Of a DNA stretch of 64,000 nucleotides, positions 37,624-46,215 are shown one piece after another; the stretch's first letter is position 1, and each line of letters begins with the position of its first letter. The notes under the pieces were generated by a model. That model was not told the origin of the DNA. It did not search any database and saw nothing but the letters and a program-made list of their open reading frames with translations. Both the position numbers and the translations under genes were made by a program. This stretch comes from a virus (taxonomy: Duplodnaviria > Heunggongvirae > Uroviricota > Caudoviricetes), in IMG/VR virus record IMGVR_UViG_3300035208_001992. The stretch is one strand, 5' to 3'.

Positions 37624-38293
37624 GAAGTGGGCTCCAATTCCGTATCAGTTCATTGCGTAGTTTAGCATATGGACGATCTGGCTCATGTATGATGCTTGCA
37701 ACGTCACTAACAATGACGCTACCCTTTTGAGTATCATACAGTTCGATCAATCCGTCTGCGTTCAAGTGCATTCCAATGCGTTGCGGTACGTTACCGCATG
37801 CACCACCGAATTCCTGAGCAACATACATGTTGAGCTCATCTTGGTACTCGCGTGTGATGAACATGTCTTTGTGACATTTGCTCAAGCAATTAAACGCGTC
37901 TTGTATCGACTGCACTTCTAAATATGGCACAAGCTCACTGTCATTTCTTGTAGCATACATCCAAGCTAGCGCACTTGGACGTCTTAGCGCAAAATGCTGT
38001 GACCTATACGATATGCCGTCCACTGACAGCAGACCATAACGACTCAAATCTTGTTTGGTCACAATCCTGTCATCGCTTGAAGGCCACATAATATATGATT
38101 CAATAATTGGCCTGCTAACTTGGTCAGGCATGTTCACGAACATCTTACGTTCTATAGGCTCGCGTTGATTGAGCGACGTGTAGATCTTTATCTTCAGCTC
38201 TTTGTTCAACTCGAATGTCTGTGGTTCACTATTGTGTAGGACGCAAAGACAATGGAAGAAGCTTGGTCTAGTTTCAGTAGCATGCCGACTCAC
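37616..38293 (-). CDS. MxRHxxE-array member 26 (MSRHATE, GTG start)
   Basis: Leader; AAGGAG RBS; close paralogue of member 28. Confidence 0.85.
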   Translation of the reverse strand: MSRHATETRPSFFHCLCVLHNSEPQTFELNKELKIKIYTSLNQREPIERKMFVNMPDQVSRPIIESYIMWPSSDDRIVTKQDLSRYGLLSVDGISYRSQHFALRRPSALAWMYATRNDSELVPYLEVQSIQDAFNCLSKCHKDMFITREYQDELNMYVAQEFGGACGNVPQRIGMHLNADGLIELYDTQKGSVIVSDVASIIHEPDRPYAKLRNELIRNWSPLHG

Positions 38294-38320
38294 AGCAGAT
38301 CTCCTTTGTTGATGACGTTG

Positions 38321-38890
38321 TTAGAACCAGCGTTCAACCTCTTCAATATCTATCATGTGATTCGACACCAGTGCGCTGAGCATTATCTCAGGTGAGACGA
38401 AGAGCATCTCTTCAATGAAGCAGTGAGCGACTAGTCCAATGTCTTTTCCATGCGTGTTAGCAGTCAGGCGAGTCAAATGTGCTTGCCTGACTGCTTTGAT
38501 CCGCTTACCTTCATGACCAATCTTGCTGAATCTTGATCGTCGCAAAACGCCTTTGACCATCTCAGTAGCAACTATGCCTTGATGCGCTTCTGACATGTCA
38601 TCAATCAACTGCTGTGGATCAGCGCTGTGCATGGTAAGTTCTTCGTCAATCATTATCATGTACTCGCTGCTCAACTTCTTGTGGCCGATCATGACGTTGA
38701 ACTCATTGACGCGCTTCAATCGAACAGCATGTGATAACTCCAAGTCACTCTCATCGCCTTCGTACACGTTTTCAAATGTGTCGATGACCATAGTGCATTC
38801 GATGTCATGGAACATCACCGTTTGCTCTTCACGCAAGTTGCTGGCCAATCGCGTCCAGCACGACAGTTCTTCTGGCATATGCCTAGACAT
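38321..38890 (-). CDS. MxRHxxE-array member 27 (MSRHMPE; start refined)
   Basis: Leader; VMFHDIEC; QQLIDDMS. Confidence 0.85.
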   Translation of the reverse strand: MSRHMPEELSCWTRLASNLREEQTVMFHDIECTMVIDTFENVYEGDESDLELSHAVRLKRVNEFNVMIGHKKLSSEYMIMIDEELTMHSADPQQLIDDMSEAHQGIVATEMVKGVLRRSRFSKIGHEGKRIKAVRQAHLTRLTANTHGKDIGLVAHCFIEEMLFVSPEIMLSALVSNHMIDIEEVERWF

Positions 38891-39548
38891 GAGTACGACT
38901 CCATTGACGTACAAATTCATCGTAGAATTTGACGTACGGTTCATCAACCTCATTGATGATCTGTGACACGTCACTAATGATCACTTCTTCACAGGTGGAG
39001 TACGTTACGTCTAAGACATCTTCATTTATGACAACATTCAAAAACGTGCGTACGTCATTTATGCCGCGCTTCACTGAAAGATCTATTGCGAGTCTAAGGA
39101 AGAACTCGCTCGTGATGATCACGTCTTTGGTTAGCTTACTCAAGCACTCCCAAGTTTGTTTGATGGATCTGATGTCTTTGCACAACACGCTTTTGGATCC
39201 TTCAGCAAACGGATAAATCCTGGCATATGCGTTTGGCGTTCTCAACAGCATCTCTTCTGAAGCGAGTGATTCACTAGATGCCATCAGCAAGACGAATCGT
39301 GACGCTGGTCCTAATTCTGGATCAGTTCTAGTTTCGTTGGTTGTCCACGTTGCCCAGCCGTTGACTATTGGATGATGCAGTGTCTTGGATGTGTCTTGTG
39401 GGTACAGTATGTCATCAATAGATGCTGGAGTAGCGCTAACGCGCATCTGCAAATCACTGTTCAATACGAATATCTGCGGATCGCAGCGTTTGATGTCACA
39501 TAGGCAATTGTAGATGTCATCACGATCTTCGAATGCATGTCTAGCCAA
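38883..39548 (-). CDS. MxRHxxE-array member 28, first gene of the array (MARHAFE, TTG start)
   Basis: Leader; AAGGAG RBS. Confidence 0.85.
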   Translation of the reverse strand: MARHAFEDRDDIYNCLCDIKRCDPQIFVLNSDLQMRVSATPASIDDILYPQDTSKTLHHPIVNGWATWTTNETRTDPELGPASRFVLLMASSESLASEEMLLRTPNAYARIYPFAEGSKSVLCKDIRSIKQTWECLSKLTKDVIITSEFFLRLAIDLSVKRGINDVRTFLNVVINEDVLDVTYSTCEEVIISDVSQIINEVDEPYVKFYDEFVRQWSRTHV

Positions 39549-39593
39549 CTGTTGATCTCCTTCAGTAGCAGTGATGATACCTAGTACTAATCA

Positions 39594-39606
39594 CTATTTA
39601 CACATT
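39594..39606 (-). promoter_or_regulatory. putative promoter for the array (TGTAAATA core)
   Basis: - strand AATGTGTAAATAG between a terminator and the first array gene; shares the TGTAAATA core with 2086-2103 and 42366-42383. Confidence 0.4.
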
Positions 39607-39640
39607 GCATTGTTTACGCCTGGTTAACAGCGGCCAATAG

Positions 39641-39681
39641 AAACAAAAGAGGCCGGCACCCTCATCGGATACCGGCCTCTT
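39641..39681 (-). terminator. intrinsic terminator downstream of nrdJ
   Basis: AAGAGGCCGGCACC...GGATACCGGCCTCTT stem with A-tract on the left. Confidence 0.8.
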
Positions 39682-39706
39682 GCCTCAATTTGTGCTACTT
39701 AAGTTG

Positions 39707-42211
39707 TCAACAGCGCGAGTGACCGCATGCTGTACAATGCTGACATCCTTCTTCACGAATGAACGATGCACTGCCACACGACGGGCAGATGTCAGGCGCT
39801 GGCGTCTTTGCCTTTGCACGCTTACGCGCAGTAGCAGTCACTGCTGCAGCAAGCTCAGGCAAAGTAGATGGTGCAAGCTCACCAACCGTCTGCATCTTGA
39901 TGATCTCTTCCGTGATCTCGACGATCGCACGAGAGACTGCTTCTGGCATCGACCGGACTTGGTTCTTGCCGAAGCCGACGGAGTTAGCTCCGCCAATGCC
40001 GTTGAACTGCTCTGCAATCTCGCTGAGACGCTCCATTGGCGTCATCGGTCCATTGATCTGCAATGCCAATGAGCAAGCACGACCAATACCCTCTGCCATC
40101 GACGTGATGTCTGATCCAGCTTTGCCTGCTGTGATGAAGATCTCTACTGGACTGCCGTTCGCATCGACGTTCACTGTGACGAAGACGCGTCCAACTGGAC
40201 TTTCCTTTTCGATGGTGAGACCGCGAGCCATCTTTGGACGCTCACGCATCTTGATGATCGGCTCTTTCTTGTGCTTCTTGTCTTCAGCTTCTGCTTTGTC
40301 CTTGTCGCTCGGCTTCGTTGACAGCACCTGTTCGCTACGCGAACCATCGCGGTAGATCGTACCGCCTTTGCAGCCAAGCTTGTACATGAGCTCGTACAGC
40401 TCGCGTGTCTGGTCGACAGTGTAGTCGTTCGGCACATTGCATGTCTTCGAGATGCTGCTGTCGATCCAACGCTGCAACGTTGCTTGGACACTGACGTGTT
40501 CTTCAGGTGTCAGATCCATAGCACTAACGAACCACTTCGGCAGATCCTTTGCGTTTGGATTTGCAGCACGCCATTCAGCGACGATGTCGACGTCGATCTC
40601 AGTCGAACCAAGACGAGAATTGCGAGTGAACGTCCAAGCGTAGTATGGTTCAATGCCTGTGGACGTGTTCACCATCGTGCCAGTCGTACCTGTTGGAGCA
40701 ACAGTCAACAACGTCACGTTGCGCAGTCCATTTTCCTTGATTGCCTTGCGCACGTTTGCTGGAAGGCGCTTTGCATATCCAGACTGCAGCAACTTGCTGG
40801 CGTCGAATTTCGGGAACGATGACTTCTCTTGCGCGATTGCGCTCGACATGAGATACGCTTCCGACGCGATGAACTCGCCAAGCTTGTCGACAAACTCGTT
40901 GCCGCGCTTTGATCCGTACGCTAGCTCAAGCTTGATGAGCATCTCTGCAAGACCCATGATGCCGAGACCAATACGACGCTCGTCGAGCTGTTGTGTCTTG
41001 ATCTCGTCCATGAAGTAGTGATTGAGATCAACCACGTTGTCCAAGAACCGTACAGCATATCTAACAGCAAGTCCAAGACTTTCCCAGTCAACCGACTTGT
41101 TCGGAAATACGAAACGGCTGAGGTTGAGCGCTCCCAAATTGCAGCAACCATAAGCAGGGAGCCCCTGCTCAGCGCACGGATTGCACGAAACGATCGGTGC
41201 AAAGTACGCTGAGTTTGATTCCTTGTTGTAACGCTCGATGAAGAAGATTCCTGGTTCGGCTGAGGCCCATGCTGATTCGATGATCTGGTTCCAAACGTCA
41301 CGAGCCTTCAACGTCTTGTAGATGATTGTCTTGTATCCGTTCGACTTCCACTGCTTGAGATCACCATTCCAATCGATGTAGTGGTCATCACCAGTGTCTG
41401 GGAACTCGAGATTCCAATCTGCGTCGGCTTCAACGGCCGTCATGAACTCGTCAGAGATGCCGACCGAGATGTTGGCATTCACAATCTTTCCATCTTCGCG
41501 CTTTGCGTTGATGAAGTCGATGATGTCAGGATGCCAGTCATTCAGGATGAGCATCAAAGCACCGCGACGTGATCCACCTTGTTCGATGAGTCCAGTCGTG
41601 AAGCTGTAGAGGCCGCCCCAGCTAACAGAGCCAGATGACCTGCCATTGACGCCTTTGACATATGCATAGCGCGGCCGTAAGCTTGACAAGTTGACACCAA
41701 CGCCACCGCCGCGGCTCATGATCTCAGTCATCTCGCCTAGCGTATCAAGGATGCCACTACGGCTGTCTTTTGGAGATGGAATCACGTAGCAATTGAAGAG
41801 TGACAGCTGTTGGTCTGTTCCAGCTGCAGCTAGAATGCGTCCGCCTGGAACGAAGCGCCAATCGTCAAGCAGCCACTCGAAGTTGCGTGTCCAAGTGTCA
41901 CGCTCATCTTCGTCTTCGACTGACGCGACGCCACGAGCAGTACGAGCCATTGCTTGCTCAGCTGTTAGCTCGAGAGGCTTGTCAACACTGTCCCAGTCTT
42001 GGGTTGTGGTCGTTCCGTCTCGGAGCTCGATTTCAACTTGCTTGCCGTAGCCATCATGCTTGACTACTTTGCCGATGACGCGTTGACGCGATTTCTGATC
42101 GACACAAACAAGAACAACGTCACCGGTTTCCAGTGATTCTTTCTTCGTGTCTTTCAATGCATAACGATCGAGGAAGATTTTTTCGCCAAGCTCGTTCATC
42201 GGGTTGCTCAT
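39707..42211 (-). CDS. nrdJ: class II (adenosylcobalamin-dependent) ribonucleotide reductase with C-terminal TSCPD domain and Zn ribbon
   Basis: PGGRIL, FNCYV, GGGVGVN.S.LRP, RRGALM, NPCAEQ, RIGLGIMG, APTGT, SISKT.N, YRDGSR; C-terminal CPSCG...EEGCQHCTACGHSRC; no beta subunit nearby. Confidence 0.93.
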   Translation of the reverse strand: MSNPMNELGEKIFLDRYALKDTKKESLETGDVVLVCVDQKSRQRVIGKVVKHDGYGKQVEIELRDGTTTTQDWDSVDKPLELTAEQAMARTARGVASVEDEDERDTWTRNFEWLLDDWRFVPGGRILAAAGTDQQLSLFNCYVIPSPKDSRSGILDTLGEMTEIMSRGGGVGVNLSSLRPRYAYVKGVNGRSSGSVSWGGLYSFTTGLIEQGGSRRGALMLILNDWHPDIIDFINAKREDGKIVNANISVGISDEFMTAVEADADWNLEFPDTGDDHYIDWNGDLKQWKSNGYKTIIYKTLKARDVWNQIIESAWASAEPGIFFIERYNKESNSAYFAPIVSCNPCAEQGLPAYGCCNLGALNLSRFVFPNKSVDWESLGLAVRYAVRFLDNVVDLNHYFMDEIKTQQLDERRIGLGIMGLAEMLIKLELAYGSKRGNEFVDKLGEFIASEAYLMSSAIAQEKSSFPKFDASKLLQSGYAKRLPANVRKAIKENGLRNVTLLTVAPTGTTGTMVNTSTGIEPYYAWTFTRNSRLGSTEIDVDIVAEWRAANPNAKDLPKWFVSAMDLTPEEHVSVQATLQRWIDSSISKTCNVPNDYTVDQTRELYELMYKLGCKGGTIYRDGSRSEQVLSTKPSDKDKAEAEDKKHKKEPIIKMRERPKMARGLTIEKESPVGRVFVTVNVDANGSPVEIFITAGKAGSDITSMAEGIGRACSLALQINGPMTPMERLSEIAEQFNGIGGANSVGFGKNQVRSMPEAVSRAIVEITEEIIKMQTVGELAPSTLPELAAAVTATARKRAKAKTPAPDICPSCGSASFIREEGCQHCTACGHSRC

Positions 42212-42365
42212 GTGCGTTCTCCAAGTGGGTTCGATTTAGCTTGTAGGTTGGCTTGCGACCGGGAGTGGCCGCGTGAAGACAACTCGGCACAACCAAGGCG
42301 CAGAGTCGAGGTCAAATTTTGGTCGAATGTTTGAATTGATAAGTTGGAAGTTGGCTACTCACTAG

Positions 42366-42383
42366 GTATATTTACAATGTTAG
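42366..42383 (-). promoter_or_regulatory. putative phage promoter/regulatory motif CTAACATTGTAAATATAC upstream of nrdJ
   Basis: Exact reverse complement of 2086-2103. Confidence 0.55.
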
Positions 42384-43171
42384 CCTGGCATGATTCCAAG
42401 AGATCCACTGTAACGGCGCTTCATAGACTGTTGCAAGATGCGCAAGCGCCTGACAAGTTCTAGCCGTGCTCTTGGCGTTGTGTTCTCGATGAATCTCTTG
42501 TACTTCGGCGGCAACAGTTTCGCTTCGATCGATTCGATCATCAATGATTCTGGCGGAGCTTTGATGAAGAGCGCAATCTTAGTGCTATCAGCCTTGCCAC
42601 CAATCGACGCTTCGTCAAGAAGACGAGCACCGCGTTGCTCGAGGATGTAAATGATCTCTTCGATGTATGCCCGTATCTCAGTTGGCGATCCATGATACGC
42701 TTTGTCGTGCTCAGGCGTCTTCTTCTCGAGGCCACGCGTACGCGTAGTTGCTGCCTGCTTCACGAACTTTGACTTCTTTGACATATAGTCGACAGCATGT
42801 ACTATCTCATGCACGATCGAGCCACGATACGCGTCAAAGTACACGGTCGAGAACGGTACATGAGGCACGCCACGAGCATCGATCACGTGCTTTTGCATTA
42901 TGGACAGCCGCACGCGCATATGCTCTTTTGAGAAACCAGCACGCACTGATTTATCATCGTCAGGCTTGATTTCGAACTTCAAATTCAATGGCACGTCAAG
43001 AGACTTGATCATGCCATGCGGGCCTTGCACATTACGTAGCACTAAGACTACAGACTTATCTTCAAGTCGCAGTCCGTAGGCGTCAACGCACTTAGACACG
43101 ATCTGACTTTCGATTTCATGCGTCAATGGCGAGTGATCAAAAGAGGCACCGGCAATCGTTTGCTGGTCCAT
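42380..43171 (-). CDS. putative zincin-like metalloprotein (HExxH)
   Basis: SIVHEIVHAVD followed by YH.SPTEIRAY. Confidence 0.65.
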   Translation of the reverse strand: MDQQTIAGASFDHSPLTHEIESQIVSKCVDAYGLRLEDKSVVLVLRNVQGPHGMIKSLDVPLNLKFEIKPDDDKSVRAGFSKEHMRVRLSIMQKHVIDARGVPHVPFSTVYFDAYRGSIVHEIVHAVDYMSKKSKFVKQAATTRTRGLEKKTPEHDKAYHGSPTEIRAYIEEIIYILEQRGARLLDEASIGGKADSTKIALFIKAPPESLMIESIEAKLLPPKYKRFIENTTPRARLELVRRLRILQQSMKRRYSGSLGIMPG

Positions 43172-43182
43172 ACTTGCTCTCC

Positions 43183-43222
43183 AAAAGAAAGAGGGTCCTG
43201 CTGCAATGCAACAGAACCCTCT
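43183..43222 (-). terminator. intrinsic terminator
   Basis: AGAGGGTCCTGCTGC-AAT-GCAACAGAACCCTCT with A-tract on the left. Confidence 0.75.
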
Positions 43223-43238
43223 AGTTCATAATTTGGCG

Positions 43239-44045
43239 TTAGCCCAGTTGGCTAGCGGGGATTACCATGTTCGACACAGGACGTGCTTCTGTGCTGAGTT
43301 CAGCAGCAGTGACCGTGTTGATCTTGATCGACTTCGGCGTGCTTTCAATAGCGTCTTCAGACTTGCGCTTCTCTTCGGCAATGCCTTGCGCAGCAAGTTT
43401 GCACTTGTTTTCGCATTCGGCGCGCACACTTGCAGGAACGTCATCGACAGTTGCAGCTTCACCAAGACGGCCCATCTCCTTGAGACGATCGAGAGCGTCG
43501 GCAAGTTCGATTTCAAGCAGCTCGGTGTACTGCTGTTGCTCAAACTCGTCGAGTGCTGTCTTCTTCGCCAGCACAGCGTCTTCAGCAGCGCGCTTTTCAG
43601 CGTCGCGTGCAGACTTGTCAGCGTCCCATGCGCGCTTCCACTCGACGTATTCGACCGGAGGATTCCGTTCATCGAGCTCGCGGATGTTAGCCATCGCGTC
43701 GAAGAACGCCTCCCAACGAATCCAGAAGTTGACCGTGCCGCGAACGGTCCAGTCGAAGCGCTTGAGACCGGCCATGACGAAGTCGCGCTCTTCAGCAGTG
43801 AGCACGATGAACGTTGCGTCCTTCATTGGACCATCAGGGTGCTTGAGCTCGGCAAGCTTCTTGCGCAGCTCCCAAACCTCGAAGATCTTCTCGCCTTGCG
43901 CGATGGACTCGAGAGCGAGCTGAACGCCATACAGACCAGAGATCACTTCGCGCAAGACGCGCTTGACGACCTTCTTGTCTTCGACCACGTCGACAATGGC
44001 CTGTGCTTCTGGTAGGGAGATGATGAACTTGTTGCTTGACATCAA
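43239..44045 (-). CDS. hypothetical protein, coiled-coil rich
   Basis: GAGG RBS; strong codon bias. Confidence 0.75.
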   Translation of the reverse strand: MMSSNKFIISLPEAQAIVDVVEDKKVVKRVLREVISGLYGVQLALESIAQGEKIFEVWELRKKLAELKHPDGPMKDATFIVLTAEERDFVMAGLKRFDWTVRGTVNFWIRWEAFFDAMANIRELDERNPPVEYVEWKRAWDADKSARDAEKRAAEDAVLAKKTALDEFEQQQYTELLEIELADALDRLKEMGRLGEAATVDDVPASVRAECENKCKLAAQGIAEEKRKSEDAIESTPKSIKINTVTAAELSTEARPVSNMVIPASQLG

Positions 44046-44119
44046 TTGACCTCACGTTGTTTGTTTGTTGTTTGTTGTTTGAACCATGGCGTCTGCCATA
44101 GAGAGTTAGTCTCAAGAAC

Positions 44120-45028
44120 TCACGCTGTCGGAAGTCCTTGATCTATGAACGGTGCAGTTCTGTCCTGTTGCGGTATGTGATCGCGTATCAATGCTTTCGC
44201 ATTCAACCGATCAGCCATCCAATCAAGAGTCTGTTGCTGCTTGAACATATTGGTGTTGTAGCTGTCAGTGAGCTGTCGCCACGCGTCGAATCCAAGCGTA
44301 GGCGTTGTAGCAACCACCTGCAGCGTGAAGCTCATTGTGAACTCACCTGGATTATCAGCACTCATCGAGAACTGAATGCCGTCAGGCGTGAACCATCCAT
44401 AGAGCAGTAGTCGCGGGAACACTAGCGTCGAGATGCCCATGACAATTCGATTCGCGGTCTGTTGCTGCACCTTGCGAGCGTCTTCGTACGAATTCTCGAC
44501 TTGCTTGACAACGCCACTCTTGCGTACACGCCACTCATTAGCTAACGCGAGCATAGCGTACAAGTTCTGCACGCCGATCGGAACTTTGGCGGAGTACAAT
44601 CCACCAACGCTTGCTTGCATATACTCGCGTTGACCATGACGATGATCTGCAGCCATCTCTTCAGAAGGTGGAGTCATTCCAGTATATTGCTGTGCAAGCG
44701 CGTATTGCTCTTTGGTACTCAAGTCGAACTGTGGAAAGATGTTGCCTGACGACAAGTTGAAACTCACTTGCATCGTGTTGTTCAGCGAACGTGTACGGCG
44801 TCGTCTCCAAATGTACATGTAGCCACAGTTGTTGCCAGCATCTTTTGCAACGCGCAATGGTATGTTGAAGTCAAGCTGTTCTGGATTGATCGTGAGCGCG
44901 ATGTATTTCCCAGCGTCCATCCAGCTTTCGCACGAGATGATCCATGGATCACGCTGTACAACAGCATGCGTTGCGTCGAGCTTCCAGCCTTCAAGGCGTC
45001 TTTGGCTTTCGTCAACTGTGTCGGCCAT
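44120..45028 (-). CDS. putative baseplate/tail-tube-like structural protein, paralogue of 45036-46145
   Basis: Shared INP..L, SGNI.P.F, P.GVQNLYAML, ANRI, FP.L.LYG.F motifs. Confidence 0.55.
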   Translation of the reverse strand: MADTVDESQRRLEGWKLDATHAVVQRDPWIISCESWMDAGKYIALTINPEQLDFNIPLRVAKDAGNNCGYMYIWRRRRTRSLNNTMQVSFNLSSGNIFPQFDLSTKEQYALAQQYTGMTPPSEEMAADHRHGQREYMQASVGGLYSAKVPIGVQNLYAMLALANEWRVRKSGVVKQVENSYEDARKVQQQTANRIVMGISTLVFPRLLLYGWFTPDGIQFSMSADNPGEFTMSFTLQVVATTPTLGFDAWRQLTDSYNTNMFKQQQTLDWMADRLNAKALIRDHIPQQDRTAPFIDQGLPTA

Positions 45029-45035
45029 TGTTCAC

Positions 45036-46145
45036 CTAACTTAGATTGTTGTTCTGGTTCGAAGCAACGTCGCTCGTTCGCGTACCGTCAAGCCTGCTGA
45101 GCAGCGTTGCCGCATATTCAGCTTCGGCTGTTCGCCTGTACTTCTCGTCGAGCTTTATCTTTGCTGCTTCAGCGACTGCGTTCACTTTCACACCAGCATT
45201 CGACGTAAGTCCAGCAACTTGCTTGCGTATCCAATCAGCCGCAGACAGCTGCGTTGGCGCTTTGTCACCATCATAGATGCGATCGTCGCAGACTCCACTC
45301 GGTGTTTGCACAGCTGACGGCATCACAAACGAATCATATCGAGCAGTGCTGCGATACATCCCGTCCTTGTATGCTCGAATCATTGAATCGAATTGCGGCG
45401 CTGTGAGTGACGGATTCGAATCTGTGATCCACAACGAGAACGTCACATCAAAGTTGTTGTAATTATCGGCGCTCTCTGACCATTGCAAACCGCTATCCTC
45501 GAACAGCCCGTACAGCGTCAAGTTCGGGAACGCCAGAGAGTTAGTATTTACAATGATCCGGTTGGCGACGGAGAAAGTTTGTTTCTGTCCGCCAAGTCCA
45601 GTCTCGTTCGAGTCAATGATCCACTTATCGTTCATCAATGACAGCATAGCGTACAAGTTCTGCACGCCAACTGGTATCTTCGAATTGCCGCTATATAGCC
45701 CAACAGGTGATCCGGTCTTTGCAGATACCTTCACGGTCTTGAATCGTCCGTAGACATTGTCGCCAGCTTGCGAGTCACTAGGCTTCATCACGCCTTTACT
45801 CGAGAAGCCAGTGTCATAGTTAGTGTTCGCGTATTGCCAGACCTTCTGCTTAAAGGCTTGATTGAACACAGGCTGGATATTGCCAGAGTTGAACTTGAAT
45901 TGGATGACAGGAAAGTCGAAGACAGAGTTCGTGCGCGTCCAACGCCGCACAGTCATGAATTTGTTGCCCTTCATCGACACTTCAGTCGAGAGGATCTTTA
46001 CCGAAACTTCGAGCGAATCCGGATTTATGGGCAAGATGAGATACGCGCCAGACTTCAGCCAGCGATCTGATGTGATTGTCCACGCGTTGCTACGATCGTC
46101 TTTACCGACGAAGTCAACGTTGTTTGGATCTTGTATTTGTGCCAC
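45036..46145 (-). CDS. putative baseplate/tail-tube-like structural protein, paralogue of 44120-45028
   Basis: Same motif series as adjacent gene. Confidence 0.55.
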   Translation of the reverse strand: MAQIQDPNNVDFVGKDDRSNAWTITSDRWLKSGAYLILPINPDSLEVSVKILSTEVSMKGNKFMTVRRWTRTNSVFDFPVIQFKFNSGNIQPVFNQAFKQKVWQYANTNYDTGFSSKGVMKPSDSQAGDNVYGRFKTVKVSAKTGSPVGLYSGNSKIPVGVQNLYAMLSLMNDKWIIDSNETGLGGQKQTFSVANRIIVNTNSLAFPNLTLYGLFEDSGLQWSESADNYNNFDVTFSLWITDSNPSLTAPQFDSMIRAYKDGMYRSTARYDSFVMPSAVQTPSGVCDDRIYDGDKAPTQLSAADWIRKQVAGLTSNAGVKVNAVAEAAKIKLDEKYRRTAEAEYAATLLSRLDGTRTSDVASNQNNNLS

Positions 46146-46163
46146 ATGAACCCCGATGCAATG

Positions 46164-46195
46164 AGAGAAGGCCCAGGACTATGCCGTCCTGGGCC
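46164..46195 (-). terminator. GC-rich hairpin, probable terminator
   Basis: GGCCCAGGAC-TATGCC-GTCCTGGGCC; weak U-tract. Confidence 0.55.
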
Positions 46196-46215
46196 CAGTT
46201 AGTGGCCTAAACCAC

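Larger units (their letters stand above)
21284..39548 (-). repeat. tandem array of 28 paralogous genes sharing the N-terminal leader M-x-R-H-[MAG]-x-E
   Basis: Leader read at each of 28 starts; genes head-to-tail, most overlapping; weak shared internal motifs. Confidence 0.92.

Noticed and set aside
21284-39548. Array as a CRISPR, integron-cassette or DGR-type DNA repeat system
   Set aside because: The repeated unit is degenerate at synonymous positions, not palindromic, and no integrase, reverse transcriptase or cas gene is visible in the window; conservation tracks the peptide
39707-42211. Intein or intron in the ribonucleotide reductase
   Set aside because: Motifs are contiguous with normal spacing; no intein termini or LAGLIDADG segment seen
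42212-42365. Cobalamin riboswitch upstream of nrdJ
   Set aside because: Only a partial GCCACT match; other conserved B12-element blocks not found
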